A stretch of 64,000 nt of DNA. Origin: an uncultured virus (IMG/VR IMGVR_UViG_2061766007_000378) (lineage: Duplodnaviria > Heunggongvirae > Uroviricota > Caudoviricetes). The translations under genes and the position numbers were made by a program. Shown here one piece after another: positions 17,136 through 25,802 of this stretch; position 1 is the stretch's first letter; each line of letters begins with the position of its first letter. Below the pieces are notes generated by a model. It had not been told where the DNA came from, did not search any database, and worked only from the letters and a program-made list of their open reading frames with translations. The stretch is taken from the IMG/VR virus record IMGVR_UViG_2061766007_000378. One strand, given 5' to 3'.

Positions 17136-17518
17136 TGGCAAACAACAGAAAAGGTCCTTTTGAATGGGATATGGGTTATGGTAGTTTCTTCTATCTTCGC
17201 AAAACGGTTGGCGATGCTCTTGCAGACAATGCCTATGAAGCTTGGCTAAAAACTGACGATAAGACACCAAAAGATAAGTTGCATAGATTATGTGAAATAT
17301 TTCATATGCTTGTAGGTGATGCAGTCTATGATTTTTTAACGCAATCCGATTGTGAAGGGGAACTTTCATATAAACAATGTGGATAACTCTACAATGTAAT
17401 TAAGGATATCAAAGTTGATGGGTATTTTGGATACACCAGATGTGCGCATTCATTTGATGATTTTAAGGAATTAATCCGATACTGTTATTCGCATCGGACG
17501 AAATTGGTATGGAGATGA
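17120..17518 (+). pseudogene. Hypothetical protein with one in-frame TAA at 17384-17386
   Basis: Frame stays open for 43 more codons (LYNVIKDIKVDGYFGY...KLVWR) and ends beside the next RBS. Confidence 0.6.
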
Positions 17519-17530
17519 GGAGAAAAGATA

Positions 17531-17962
17531 ATGAACGATAACATTAAAACGCTTTTGGAGTTGATCAACGAAAACCCAGAACTGCCTGTCGTTTGTATGG
17601 TTGATAGCGATGTTGTCTATGAGAATTATGGAAGGTGGATGGCTCAGATCGGACGAAGCGCGGTTAGCGAATTTGTTTTTTATAATGACCGCTTTTATGA
17701 TGACCGGAAAGAATTTACAGAGGACTATTACGACCAAAACAATGAAATTCTTTGTGAGCGATTCGAGTACAATCCGCGTGTATTGTATTCTAATGCACAG
17801 AAGCAATACACGAAAGCGGATATCGAAGCCAATAAAGAAGCAGAGGCGCGTCTTGATAAGTACCTCCACGAAGTTGCCGATCGAGCTTTCAAAAAAGCGA
17901 TCATCGTTTACATCGACATGCCGGATGATGTTGAAGAGTTTTCTGGGGAGGAATTGGAATGA
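17531..17962 (+). CDS. Hypothetical phage protein
   Basis: LLELINENPELPVVCMVD...KKAIIVYID motif; GAGGAG RBS. Confidence 0.7.
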   Translation: MNDNIKTLLELINENPELPVVCMVDSDVVYENYGRWMAQIGRSAVSEFVFYNDRFYDDRKEFTEDYYDQNNEILCERFEYNPRVLYSNAQKQYTKADIEANKEAEARLDKYLHEVADRAFKKAIIVYIDMPDDVEEFSGEELE

Positions 17963-18172
17963 ACGCATTAAAAGCTCGAAAAAAAATATGATGCTGAGCA
18001 GAGTCACAAGGCATACGAAGAGCAAAAACGGAAAAGAGAAGAGCAACTCCGTAATATGACCGAAGAAGAAAGAGCTGCATATTTGAAAGAGGAGGAGCGC
18101 AAAAAGAAAGAGATAGCTTATCTAATTTCATGTATTGGACTAGTAAATTCTACAGGGCCATATAAACTTTGA
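17959..18172 (+). pseudogene. Charged coiled-coil protein frameshifted in an A8 tract (17979-17986)
   Basis: RBS plus ATGA overlap; removing one A restores a ~70 aa ORF MNALKARKKYDAEQSHK...GPYKL. Confidence 0.55.
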
Positions 18173-18186
18173 AAGGAAGGAAAACA

Positions 18187-18405
18187 ATGACGGAGAAACA
18201 AAAGGATTATCTGAAGGCGCTGATAGCTGAGGAACGGGAACACGGAATGTTCGATGTTTCGGATAGTGTAATCTGGGATCTTGGTGGGAAATATTGGGAA
18301 AGTCATTATGATATGATTCCAAATGAAACCGTTAGTAAGGCGATCAAAGTGTTGAAGTTCAGTATTCATCAAAGCAATTGGGCAATCGAACACGGCTATG
18401 AATAA
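18187..18405 (+). CDS. Hypothetical protein
   Basis: MTEKQKDYLKAL start, strong RBS. Confidence 0.65.
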   Translation: MTEKQKDYLKALIAEEREHGMFDVSDSVIWDLGGKYWESHYDMIPNETVSKAIKVLKFSIHQSNWAIEHGYE

Positions 18406-18407
18406 TT

Positions 18408-18494
18408 GCTGGTATGGTGGAATTGGCAGACGCTACGGACTTAAAATCCGTTGCCAATAACGGCGTGTCGGTTCGAGTCCGACTACCAGCACCA
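18408..18494 (+). tRNA. tRNA-Leu(TAA)
   Basis: Full cloverleaf, acgga-cttaaaa-tccgt anticodon arm, long variable arm, GTTCGAGTC, encoded CCA. Confidence 0.95.
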
Positions 18495-18514
18495 AATTAA
18501 GAAGGAGAACAAAA

Positions 18515-18721
18515 ATGATAATTGATTGGCAATCGGTTCGATTTGATAGAGAAAAAGGAATCCCCTTTAATGTCAAAGATCCGACAGAACGAGATGTATT
18601 ACTTATTTGGCTGTATGTTGAATTCGGCGGAGTATGTAATACTGATGAACTTAATGAGATGGCTGATATACTTTATGCTGCGTATTTAAGAAAACATCCG
18701 AAGGAGAACAAAAATGAGTAA
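18515..18721 (+). CDS. Hypothetical protein
   Basis: AAGGAG RBS. Confidence 0.6.
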   Translation: MIIDWQSVRFDREKGIPFNVKDPTERDVLLIWLYVEFGGVCNTDELNEMADILYAAYLRKHPKENKNE

Positions 18722-18968
18722 AGTACATATTACTGTTGAGATGACTGAAAAAGAATATGAAGAATACCAAAAACTTATTACCGGTACTCATAAGTCACAA
18801 GATCTTACAAAAATTTCTATTCATGAGTTTTTTGAAGCACATGGATTAAAAGAAAGCGGGGTTGATAGTGAGTTTAGTGCTATTACAAGAGAAAACATTC
18901 AAACAATGCGGTTCAGCTCAGTTGATGGCAAAACGATTTTGGCAATACAAATGAGGGAGAAAATATGA
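18714..18968 (+). CDS. Hypothetical protein
   Basis: Same gaaggagaacaaaaatga initiation region as the previous gene. Confidence 0.6.
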   Translation: MSKVHITVEMTEKEYEEYQKLITGTHKSQDLTKISIHEFFEAHGLKESGVDSEFSAITRENIQTMRFSSVDGKTILAIQMREKI

Positions 18969-19261
18969 GTTTTGATGTTATTGATCCGAAAACTGGTCGT
19001 TATCCTGACCTCGAAAAAATAGTAAGAACAGAAGATTGGGCCGAAGGACTCTGCTATTGCGATATGGATGGGTTTGCAATAAGCGAGGACGGAAGTTTAA
19101 TTTTGATGGATGAGTGCGGCAATCAAAGAATATGTCCGTCGAATAGGTTTATCGTTAAATGGACCAGAGCCGAAGATTTAATTTATCCGGAAGTTCAAAT
19201 GTTTTATGGCCCGCAAGATTATTATGACGCCGATAGAAGAACAAACAAGGATGAATCTTAA
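18965..19261 (+). CDS. Hypothetical protein
   Basis: YCDMDGFAISEDGSLILMDECGN motif. Confidence 0.65.
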   Translation: MSFDVIDPKTGRYPDLEKIVRTEDWAEGLCYCDMDGFAISEDGSLILMDECGNQRICPSNRFIVKWTRAEDLIYPEVQMFYGPQDYYDADRRTNKDES

Positions 19262-19268
19262 ATAACAT

Positions 19269-19345
19269 TGAGGCGTAGCCAAGCGGTTAAGGCACGAGAC
19301 TTTGACTCTCGTATTACACTGGTTCAAATCCAGTCGTCTCAGCCA
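19269..19345 (+). tRNA. tRNA-Gln(TTG)
   Basis: Cloverleaf, cgaga-ctttgac-tctcg anticodon arm, GGTTCAAATCC, CCA. Confidence 0.95.
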
Positions 19346-19346
19346 A

Positions 19347-19450
19347 GCTGGCATGATAATAGCTTAAAAGGAAAAGCTTTGATGCGTGGGAAGGGATATA
19401 GCATCTGAATAGCCCTTGTTGTTGGTTCGAATCCAACTTGTCATGCTGGC
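19347..19450 (+). ncRNA. tRNA-like RNA with 13-bp acceptor stem and potential pseudoknot in place of the anticodon arm
   Basis: D-arm tagcttaaaaggaaaagc, T-arm gttgg-ttcgaat-ccaac, gatgc/gcatc stem with 15-nt loop, no CCA. Confidence 0.6.
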
Positions 19451-19480
19451 TACTACGTTATCACAAAGGAGAATAAAATA

Positions 19481-19741
19481 ATGGATATAGAAAATATTGT
19501 CCAAATAAACGAAACCAACGATATTATAAATGTTAGCAGCACAAGTAGCATTGTTGATACTTTGCGCATGTTGATAGACGCAACGGTACATGTCGCGGAG
19601 CGAGCTAAATTATCAAAGAAAGATATAATCGATATATTTTCAGAATGCGCAGAAGATATATATTTGCATTCTATAACGATAGAACTTAATAATGAAGTGC
19701 TTGAAAATTTAATGAAAGGAAAAGAAGACGATGGAGAATAG
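19481..19741 (+). CDS. Hypothetical protein
   Basis: AAGGAG RBS. Confidence 0.6.
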   Translation: MDIENIVQINETNDIINVSSTSSIVDTLRMLIDATVHVAERAKLSKKDIIDIFSECAEDIYLHSITIELNNEVLENLMKGKEDDGE

Positions 19742-20015
19742 ATGCGTGTGTTGCGGAGAACTAATCCCAGAAGGTCGACAAGTATGTATGTCTTGTACGC
19801 AAAGGTATTTCAATGATAAGACAAATAAAATTGCCGGATGGATTGAGTTAACTGATCTATATAGTAATGCAAAAATTTTATTTAATTTAAACATGATTGA
19901 GTTTATAAGCGAACCAGATGAGTCGGTAATGCTTAGTATAAACGGACGCACGTATTTTGTTAAAGAAAGCTATAAAAAAATAATCGAAATGATTCAAGCG
20001 GCCTCCCATAAATAA
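19731..20015 (+). CDS. Zn-ribbon hypothetical protein
   Basis: RCVCCGELIPEGRQVCMSC. Confidence 0.65.
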   Translation: MENRCVCCGELIPEGRQVCMSCTQRYFNDKTNKIAGWIELTDLYSNAKILFNLNMIEFISEPDESVMLSINGRTYFVKESYKKIIEMIQAASHK

Positions 20016-20085
20016 TTTGCTTTAAGTTACAGTTTATAACATTATAAGTTATAATAAAATTAAAGTAAATTATAGGAGACGAGCT

Positions 20086-20583
20086 ATGGCTATTAATCGT
20101 TGTAGTTTTGAAGATCGCGAACTTCCAAAAGGTAAAAAAATAAGGTTTAAATACCGGGATATAAATATCGATAAAGATAAACTGATCGATGACGAAGTTA
20201 ATCTTTATAACAGGTTTATGATTACGATCATCGATAAAGTTGCAAATGATTATAATGTTTATAATTTGATTGCAAGCGGAACGCATCCCGGAAAAGACTA
20301 TGAAGTTTTAGCAGATTTGAAAAACAGTAACACAGTGTTTATAGGATTTGCAAAATATCCGACACCAGAACTTGCCGTTATGAATATCAAGAGCGTTTAT
20401 GAGAATAAACTTTTCTACTTGATAAAAGACAACGTTGTTCATTTTACTGAAATGATCGATAAAATAGAAATAAAGTATGTAAACGGTTTATTACATATAC
20501 TTCCAAAAGCATTATTGAATAAACCTGAATACGAACTATACAAAGTTTTATATGAGGAGTTATTAAAAGATACAGATGAGTAA
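20086..20583 (+). CDS. Hypothetical protein
   Basis: AGGAG RBS. Confidence 0.6.
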   Translation: MAINRCSFEDRELPKGKKIRFKYRDINIDKDKLIDDEVNLYNRFMITIIDKVANDYNVYNLIASGTHPGKDYEVLADLKNSNTVFIGFAKYPTPELAVMNIKSVYENKLFYLIKDNVVHFTEMIDKIEIKYVNGLLHILPKALLNKPEYELYKVLYEELLKDTDE

Positions 20584-21235
20584 AGAGTTTCCAATGAATT
20601 TAGCAGAAGATATCCAGCGAGTTAATGGATTTAAGGATCTTGAACTTTTATCGATAGCCATCGAAAAAAATTTAAATCAGACCTTAAAGAAGTTTAACTT
20701 TTCTTGTCCTGATATCGAGCTACTGTTTAATAAGTATAAAGGCGGATATTCTGTCGGCGACCTTGCAAGTATGACTGGAATGAAGGTAATTAATATTAGC
20801 GATAAACTTATGGCCATGTTGATTAACCTTACAAAAAAAGATGCCTTTGATTATTTGATTAGCGGCGAAGAAGTATATAATAAGCTTGAAAAATTAAAAA
20901 TGAATCGTCTCGCTTATTTAAACGCTTATTCATCGATAACCGATCGTATTTCAATAGAAGAAGCAGAAACGCTCGGGATGATCGACGGTAAAGCGGTTAA
21001 GGATAAATTATTAAAACCTTCAGTTAGGTACGATATATTAATTCCCGTAAAAGTATGGGTTATTCTCGTACGTGAAGGAATCACAACGATCGATGAACTT
21101 TTAAAATATTCAATAGACGAAATTAAAGGTTTTAGAGGAATAGAAGAAAAGGATATTAAAATGATTATCGATAGTTTAAAAGAGTTCAGTTCGAAAGCAA
21201 AAGAAGTGGATGAATGGATAAAAAATAATTATTAA
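20576..21235 (+). CDS. Putative transcription factor: sigma-70 region 4-like HTH plus RNA polymerase alpha-CTD-like domain
   Basis: KYKGGYSVGDLASMTGMK (HTH-like); C-terminal VILVREGITTIDELLKYSIDEIKGFRGI (alpha-CTD-like). Confidence 0.6.
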   Translation: MSKEFPMNLAEDIQRVNGFKDLELLSIAIEKNLNQTLKKFNFSCPDIELLFNKYKGGYSVGDLASMTGMKVINISDKLMAMLINLTKKDAFDYLISGEEVYNKLEKLKMNRLAYLNAYSSITDRISIEEAETLGMIDGKAVKDKLLKPSVRYDILIPVKVWVILVREGITTIDELLKYSIDEIKGFRGIEEKDIKMIIDSLKEFSSKAKEVDEWIKNNY

Positions 21236-21302
21236 TTTTTAACGTAAGTATGTTATTTCGGTTCAATCTGTGGTATAATATATTTACACACCCAAAAAGA
21301 AA

Positions 21303-23024
21303 GTGAGAAGAAAAATGGATCCACGCGCCGATAAAATGATTAACTCCGTAAATACATCTGCTCTCCTTGCGCGCTCTTGTGCTGACTGGCGGCCGGTATT
21401 AGCGAAAGAATGTCAGGTATACGTATTCGGTGAAACATATCTTGCAAAACGGTTTGATCAGATCAATTATACGTTTTGCGAGCTTGAAGTCGCTAAACAG
21501 ATATTGAATGATAATTTATACGCATTACTACGGTTTAAATATTTCCCGGTATCAAACGATGAAGTTGAAAAAAGAATTTCTGAAATCGTTAAAGCGTTTA
21601 CGGTAAACCTTAAAACTACTTTGATCAGAGTCAGTCTTGATGAAAACGACGGAGTAGACGTTGTACATTTACTAGATGACGGACAGATAGCTTTTCGAAA
21701 CGGAGTTTATGATTTCTATAAAAATGATTGGGTATTTAAATATGAGATCATTAAAATAGAAAGTACCGGGAATTATATTTATCTTTATGATAGTCATTAT
21801 ATTATTCAGTGGTATTTTAACTTTGAATTCGATCCGCTGCCGATAGATATTAAAGATACGGAGCTTATTGAATTCGTTGAAATGATGCGCGAGCTTGACG
21901 TTTCAAATAGAAACTATTGCTTTGAATTATTATATAATATTTCGCATGATACATTAAATAGATTCAGTTTTGAACGTTTTAAACATTTTTGTGAAATACT
22001 CGGTTATACGATCCTTCAGTCGTTCAGTCAGAATTTTGTTCTTCTTATCGGATCCGGACAAAACGGTAAAAACTCATTGTTCGACGGATGCTTTACAAAT
22101 AGGTTAATACCAAGACCGGCAGCAAACAGTCTCGATGAAATAGAAACTGATAGATTTATTACCGGCGCTCTTGAAAATAAAGCTCATAATATTTTCCTTG
22201 AAACATCTGCAAAAACTTATACTGAATCAAAAATGATCAAAGCTTTGACAGGTTCTATTTACCAAACGATTCAGAATAAGAACGAAAATAAGTACTCCGG
22301 GGTTATTAACTGTAAATATTTGTTTGCAGGAAACGATCAAGAAAAAATAAAGTTTACAGATACGACAACCGGTTTTAGACGTAGAATAAATATTTTTGAG
22401 ATCTTTTATCGTTGGGATTCTGCTAAAAAGTTTATGACAAAAGGAGACTACTACGATACATCTTTTTCAGATTCGTTAAAAGAACTCAAAGATGATATTT
22501 CAAATACAATCGCATATATTTATTTCGGCATGTACGGTATTATGTCAGCGACCGCCAATTTTACAAGAAACTTTAAGTTTAGCTATAATGAATGGCGTAT
22601 GACGTATTCAGATATGGACTTTGATCTTAAAGAAATTCTTGAAAATATCGGGCCTGAAATTATTTTACAGTATATCAAAAAAGATACAAGAAACTACGAC
22701 GAAGCGCATACGTTGTTCTTTGATATGAACGGGGAACGGTTGTATACGTCTGATACGTTGAAAACGCTTGGGTATCATAACTTTGAAGAAATGCTGCGTA
22801 TGTTTGAAGATGAAGAAGCGTTTATTTCATACTTCTCTGAAAATGACGTTTATATTAGCGTACGACAGCTTCAACAAATTTGTAATAATCAAAGCTCGGC
22901 AGTATCGTTTTCACAGGCAATTAAAAAGTTATACTCTATTTCGTCATTTAAAACCGATTTGTATAACAATAAACCGTATTTGAAAATTACATTTGTAAAT
23001 AAGAGGATGAAAATAATAGGATAA
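21303..23024 (+). CDS. SF3 helicase (D5/P4 primase-helicase-like)
   Basis: IAFRNGVYD, Walker A GSGQNGKNS, IKALTG, FAGN, GFRRR; extended -10 TGTGGTATAAT upstream. Confidence 0.85.
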   Translation: MRRKMDPRADKMINSVNTSALLARSCADWRPVLAKECQVYVFGETYLAKRFDQINYTFCELEVAKQILNDNLYALLRFKYFPVSNDEVEKRISEIVKAFTVNLKTTLIRVSLDENDGVDVVHLLDDGQIAFRNGVYDFYKNDWVFKYEIIKIESTGNYIYLYDSHYIIQWYFNFEFDPLPIDIKDTELIEFVEMMRELDVSNRNYCFELLYNISHDTLNRFSFERFKHFCEILGYTILQSFSQNFVLLIGSGQNGKNSLFDGCFTNRLIPRPAANSLDEIETDRFITGALENKAHNIFLETSAKTYTESKMIKALTGSIYQTIQNKNENKYSGVINCKYLFAGNDQEKIKFTDTTTGFRRRINIFEIFYRWDSAKKFMTKGDYYDTSFSDSLKELKDDISNTIAYIYFGMYGIMSATANFTRNFKFSYNEWRMTYSDMDFDLKEILENIGPEIILQYIKKDTRNYDEAHTLFFDMNGERLYTSDTLKTLGYHNFEEMLRMFEDEEAFISYFSENDVYISVRQLQQICNNQSSAVSFSQAIKKLYSISSFKTDLYNNKPYLKITFVNKRMKIIG

Positions 23025-23026
23025 TT

Positions 23027-23740
23027 ATGGCAAAGAAAACAGCAGAAAATCTTCCGGCTGCGAATAATGAGGTTCCCTTTGAAGAATTAAGCGATCTTGA
23101 AAAAGGATATCTTACTCAATTAGAATCCGATCCGCAATATTCATTAGAAGTAGATCCAACAAATAAATATAACATGTCGGAAAAACAAAAGGATTTCATA
23201 AAGTATTACGTCCAGTTTAAAAATGTACCGCTTGCAAGTCAGCTTTGTGATATAACCGAAAAAGAAGGAAAGCAGTATTATTTATCATTTGCCGGCCAGC
23301 AAGAGATCCGCAGGATAAATCTTGCAATGTACCATCGACAATTTTCGGCAAGACTTCTTGATATAAATGAAATCGGCGGTTATCTTTCAAGTATTTTAAT
23401 GGATACAAATGTTGCGATAGCCGATCGTCTTAGTCCGAAAGATAAACTTGAAGTTGCAAAAATGATAATCAATTTAAATGAAATGAAACGGAAAACGATG
23501 TCGAATCCGCTTGAAGCTGAGTATACTGACCTCGGCGCTCAAATGAAAAATCTTTCTGTTAAATCGATTAAACAACTTCTTGATACTGCAAATAATCCGG
23601 ATCCAACGCATGATGATAAAACGGGAGCGATTGAAAAATTAAACGCTGACGGTCACCTAAGCCCGGAAGAATTAGCATATTTAAATACGCTTTCGCTTGA
23701 TCAATTACTTGATTTGATTGAAAAGGGAAATGAAACATGA
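23027..23740 (+). CDS. Possible terminase small subunit-like protein
   Basis: MSEKQKDFIKYYVQ resembles the TerS HTH start; later KDKLEVAKM-type helix. Confidence 0.4.
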   Translation: MAKKTAENLPAANNEVPFEELSDLEKGYLTQLESDPQYSLEVDPTNKYNMSEKQKDFIKYYVQFKNVPLASQLCDITEKEGKQYYLSFAGQQEIRRINLAMYHRQFSARLLDINEIGGYLSSILMDTNVAIADRLSPKDKLEVAKMIINLNEMKRKTMSNPLEAEYTDLGAQMKNLSVKSIKQLLDTANNPDPTHDDKTGAIEKLNADGHLSPEELAYLNTLSLDQLLDLIEKGNET

Positions 23741-23952
23741 ACATTAATAAACAAGCATTCAGTATAACGGGAACTACACTTGAAGATTATCTTACATGGT
23801 GTAAAGCAACAAACCGATTACCAAATTATAAAAAGAGTCGCAATGAGTTTTTTAAACGTGTTATCGATCGTAAAATAACAAGAAACGTGAAAGATAATAC
23901 GTTGATTATTAAAAACTTAAGAAAGGATGAACAAAAAGATGCCAATCATTGA
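23737..23952 (+). CDS. Hypothetical protein
   Basis: ATGA overlap. Confidence 0.55.
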   Translation: MNINKQAFSITGTTLEDYLTWCKATNRLPNYKKSRNEFFKRVIDRKITRNVKDNTLIIKNLRKDEQKDANH

Positions 23953-24148
23953 AAGAGCGCCAAAGGAATACGTCATAAAAGTCTATAAGAAAAAATGTCG
24001 CCGGCCGTTATTTGAAGCTACCGTATCAGATTTAAAATTATTTGATGCATTAATTGATGATCTTAATAGCGGAAAACGATTTATAAAATTTGGTCAGATC
24101 GGATTTTGGGCGAACGATATCGAAAAAATTACGTATGAGCAAGAATAA
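23927..24148 (+). CDS. Hypothetical protein
   Basis: Overlapping ORF in operon. Confidence 0.55.
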   Translation: MNKKMPIIERAPKEYVIKVYKKKCRRPLFEATVSDLKLFDALIDDLNSGKRFIKFGQIGFWANDIEKITYEQE

Positions 24149-24151
24149 GTT

Positions 24152-24183
24152 CGGCTACATATATAATATGAAAGTGATATAAT
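24152..24183 (+). promoter_or_regulatory. CGGCTA-N20-TATAAT promoter
   Basis: cggcta catatataatatgaaagtga tataat upstream of the nuclease gene. Confidence 0.6.
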
Positions 24184-24214
24184 AGGTATAGTACAAAAAA
24201 GGAGAAACAATTGT

Positions 24215-25366
24215 ATGAAATTATCACATTCTAAATTAACTACGATCTTGAATTGCCCTATGACGTATTACTTAAATTATAAGCAAGGCATTTCATTGAA
24301 ACAGGAAAAACCGGCGCTTGCTATCGGATCTGCAGTACATTGGGGTATTGAACATGATACCGATGATCTTACCGAATATTACAAAGAAAACGGTACGTTC
24401 AAGCAACAGAATAATTACGGTCATGATGAGCTTCTTGCCGAATCAATGGTTTACGCTTACAAGAAATATAAGGATGATATTTTTAAAGAGATCCTTAAAG
24501 ATCTTGATACGGGAGAACAGCTTAAACTTATTGATGAACAGCACGAGCTTAATATTGAAGCAAAACTTCCAAGTCACCGTTTTGAAACTCCGCATGATTT
24601 TGTTGGTATTATAGATCTTTTGCTTTTAACAGAAAAGGGATTTATTATTATCGATTACAAGACAAGCTCTCAAACTCCTGATTGGGATAAATATCTTGAT
24701 CAGATTTACCGTTATATTTTCCTTCTGCACTGCGAATTTCCGGATGTCCCCGTTTATAAGATCGGTATTGTTAATCTGAAAAAAACTATGATTCGCCAGA
24801 AAAACGGAGAAAATGAAGAAAGCTTTTTGCTTAGATTAAAGAGAGAATATGATATTAATGAAGATCTTGTTAATACTCATATTTATCTTGCAAATGAGCT
24901 TGATCCGCAGCTTATTAAAGAATATATCGATAATCTTTCGGATATGGCTGATACGGCTCAAATGATCGATAATAATGAAGCATGGTTTATTAATTACGCA
25001 AACGCAAATGGTCAGTATGGCAAATCTCAATATTGGGATATTTTCTATAATACTCCAGATTGTTATTTGCTTTATAAAATCAAAGATACAATTTTTGATC
25101 CGGATGATAACGTAATTCTTGATTCAAGAGACTGCTTACCGATCGACATGTTAACACTTCATAATAAGAACGTTATGAATCATTTTACAGATTTCGAATC
25201 TTGCATACACGATCTGGTTCTTACGGATAACGTTGATCCTGAAAAAGAAAAAATTTATCCGCGGATTAAGGAAAAGTATATCACGGATGATTTACTTCTT
25301 GACAAATACTGGACGACATGGATGCATAAAATTTATGATGACAAAAATATTTTTGAAAAAAATTGA
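24215..25366 (+). CDS. PD-(D/E)XK (RecB-like) exonuclease
   Basis: LSHSKL..CP, GSAVH, GIIDLL...IIDYKT, QIYRY. Confidence 0.85.
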   Translation: MKLSHSKLTTILNCPMTYYLNYKQGISLKQEKPALAIGSAVHWGIEHDTDDLTEYYKENGTFKQQNNYGHDELLAESMVYAYKKYKDDIFKEILKDLDTGEQLKLIDEQHELNIEAKLPSHRFETPHDFVGIIDLLLLTEKGFIIIDYKTSSQTPDWDKYLDQIYRYIFLLHCEFPDVPVYKIGIVNLKKTMIRQKNGENEESFLLRLKREYDINEDLVNTHIYLANELDPQLIKEYIDNLSDMADTAQMIDNNEAWFINYANANGQYGKSQYWDIFYNTPDCYLLYKIKDTIFDPDDNVILDSRDCLPIDMLTLHNKNVMNHFTDFESCIHDLVLTDNVDPEKEKIYPRIKEKYITDDLLLDKYWTTWMHKIYDDKNIFEKN

Positions 25367-25374
25367 ATTAAGTA

Positions 25375-25403
25375 TTTACAAATTCAATTTTATATGTTAT
25401 AAT
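25375..25403 (+). promoter_or_regulatory. SigA-type promoter
   Basis: TTTACA-17 bp-TATAAT with TGn extension. Confidence 0.65.
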
Positions 25404-25445
25404 ATGTAATGTAAATACTTGCGTAAGAAAGGGGGTAACTGATTA

Positions 25446-25802
25446 TTGAAAGTAAATGTGTTGACCAAAAAAGAACTTGATTTTTTGAACGATAAGTATT
25501 CATTTACTATTAGCGGTAATGACGTAGTGGTTGAATGTAATAATCTGAAGCGACGGATATTGCATAGCGCAAACGAATCATTTTCATTAAACACGCAGAT
25601 CAGGCGAATAACTATTACAAAAGAAACTATAAGTTTATGGAAAAATATCTTCAAAGATCAATATTCATTGCTTGATGTACAAAATGCAATGAATTCTCTA
25701 CTGGTAACTTACCAGCCAACATCAGTCGAAAACATTCAGCAAGTACTGAAAAACGAATCAGTAGAAATCAAAAAAGAAAAAAGAAAGGATAGTTCGTTAT
25801 GA
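25446..25802 (+). CDS. Hypothetical protein
   Basis: GGGGG RBS, TTG start. Confidence 0.55.
   Translation: MKVNVLTKKELDFLNDKYSFTISGNDVVVECNNLKRRILHSANESFSLNTQIRRITITKETISLWKNIFKDQYSLLDVQNAMNSLLVTYQPTSVENIQQVLKNESVEIKKEKRKDSSL

Noticed and set aside
17384..17386. Stop-codon reassignment in this phage
   Set aside because: All long genes are intact under the standard code, TAA is the commonest terminator, and there is no suppressor tRNA
24215..25366. Cas4 adaptation nuclease for the array
   Set aside because: Lacks the C-terminal Cys cluster and sits in a standard exonuclease-Sak4-SSB recombination module 12 kb away
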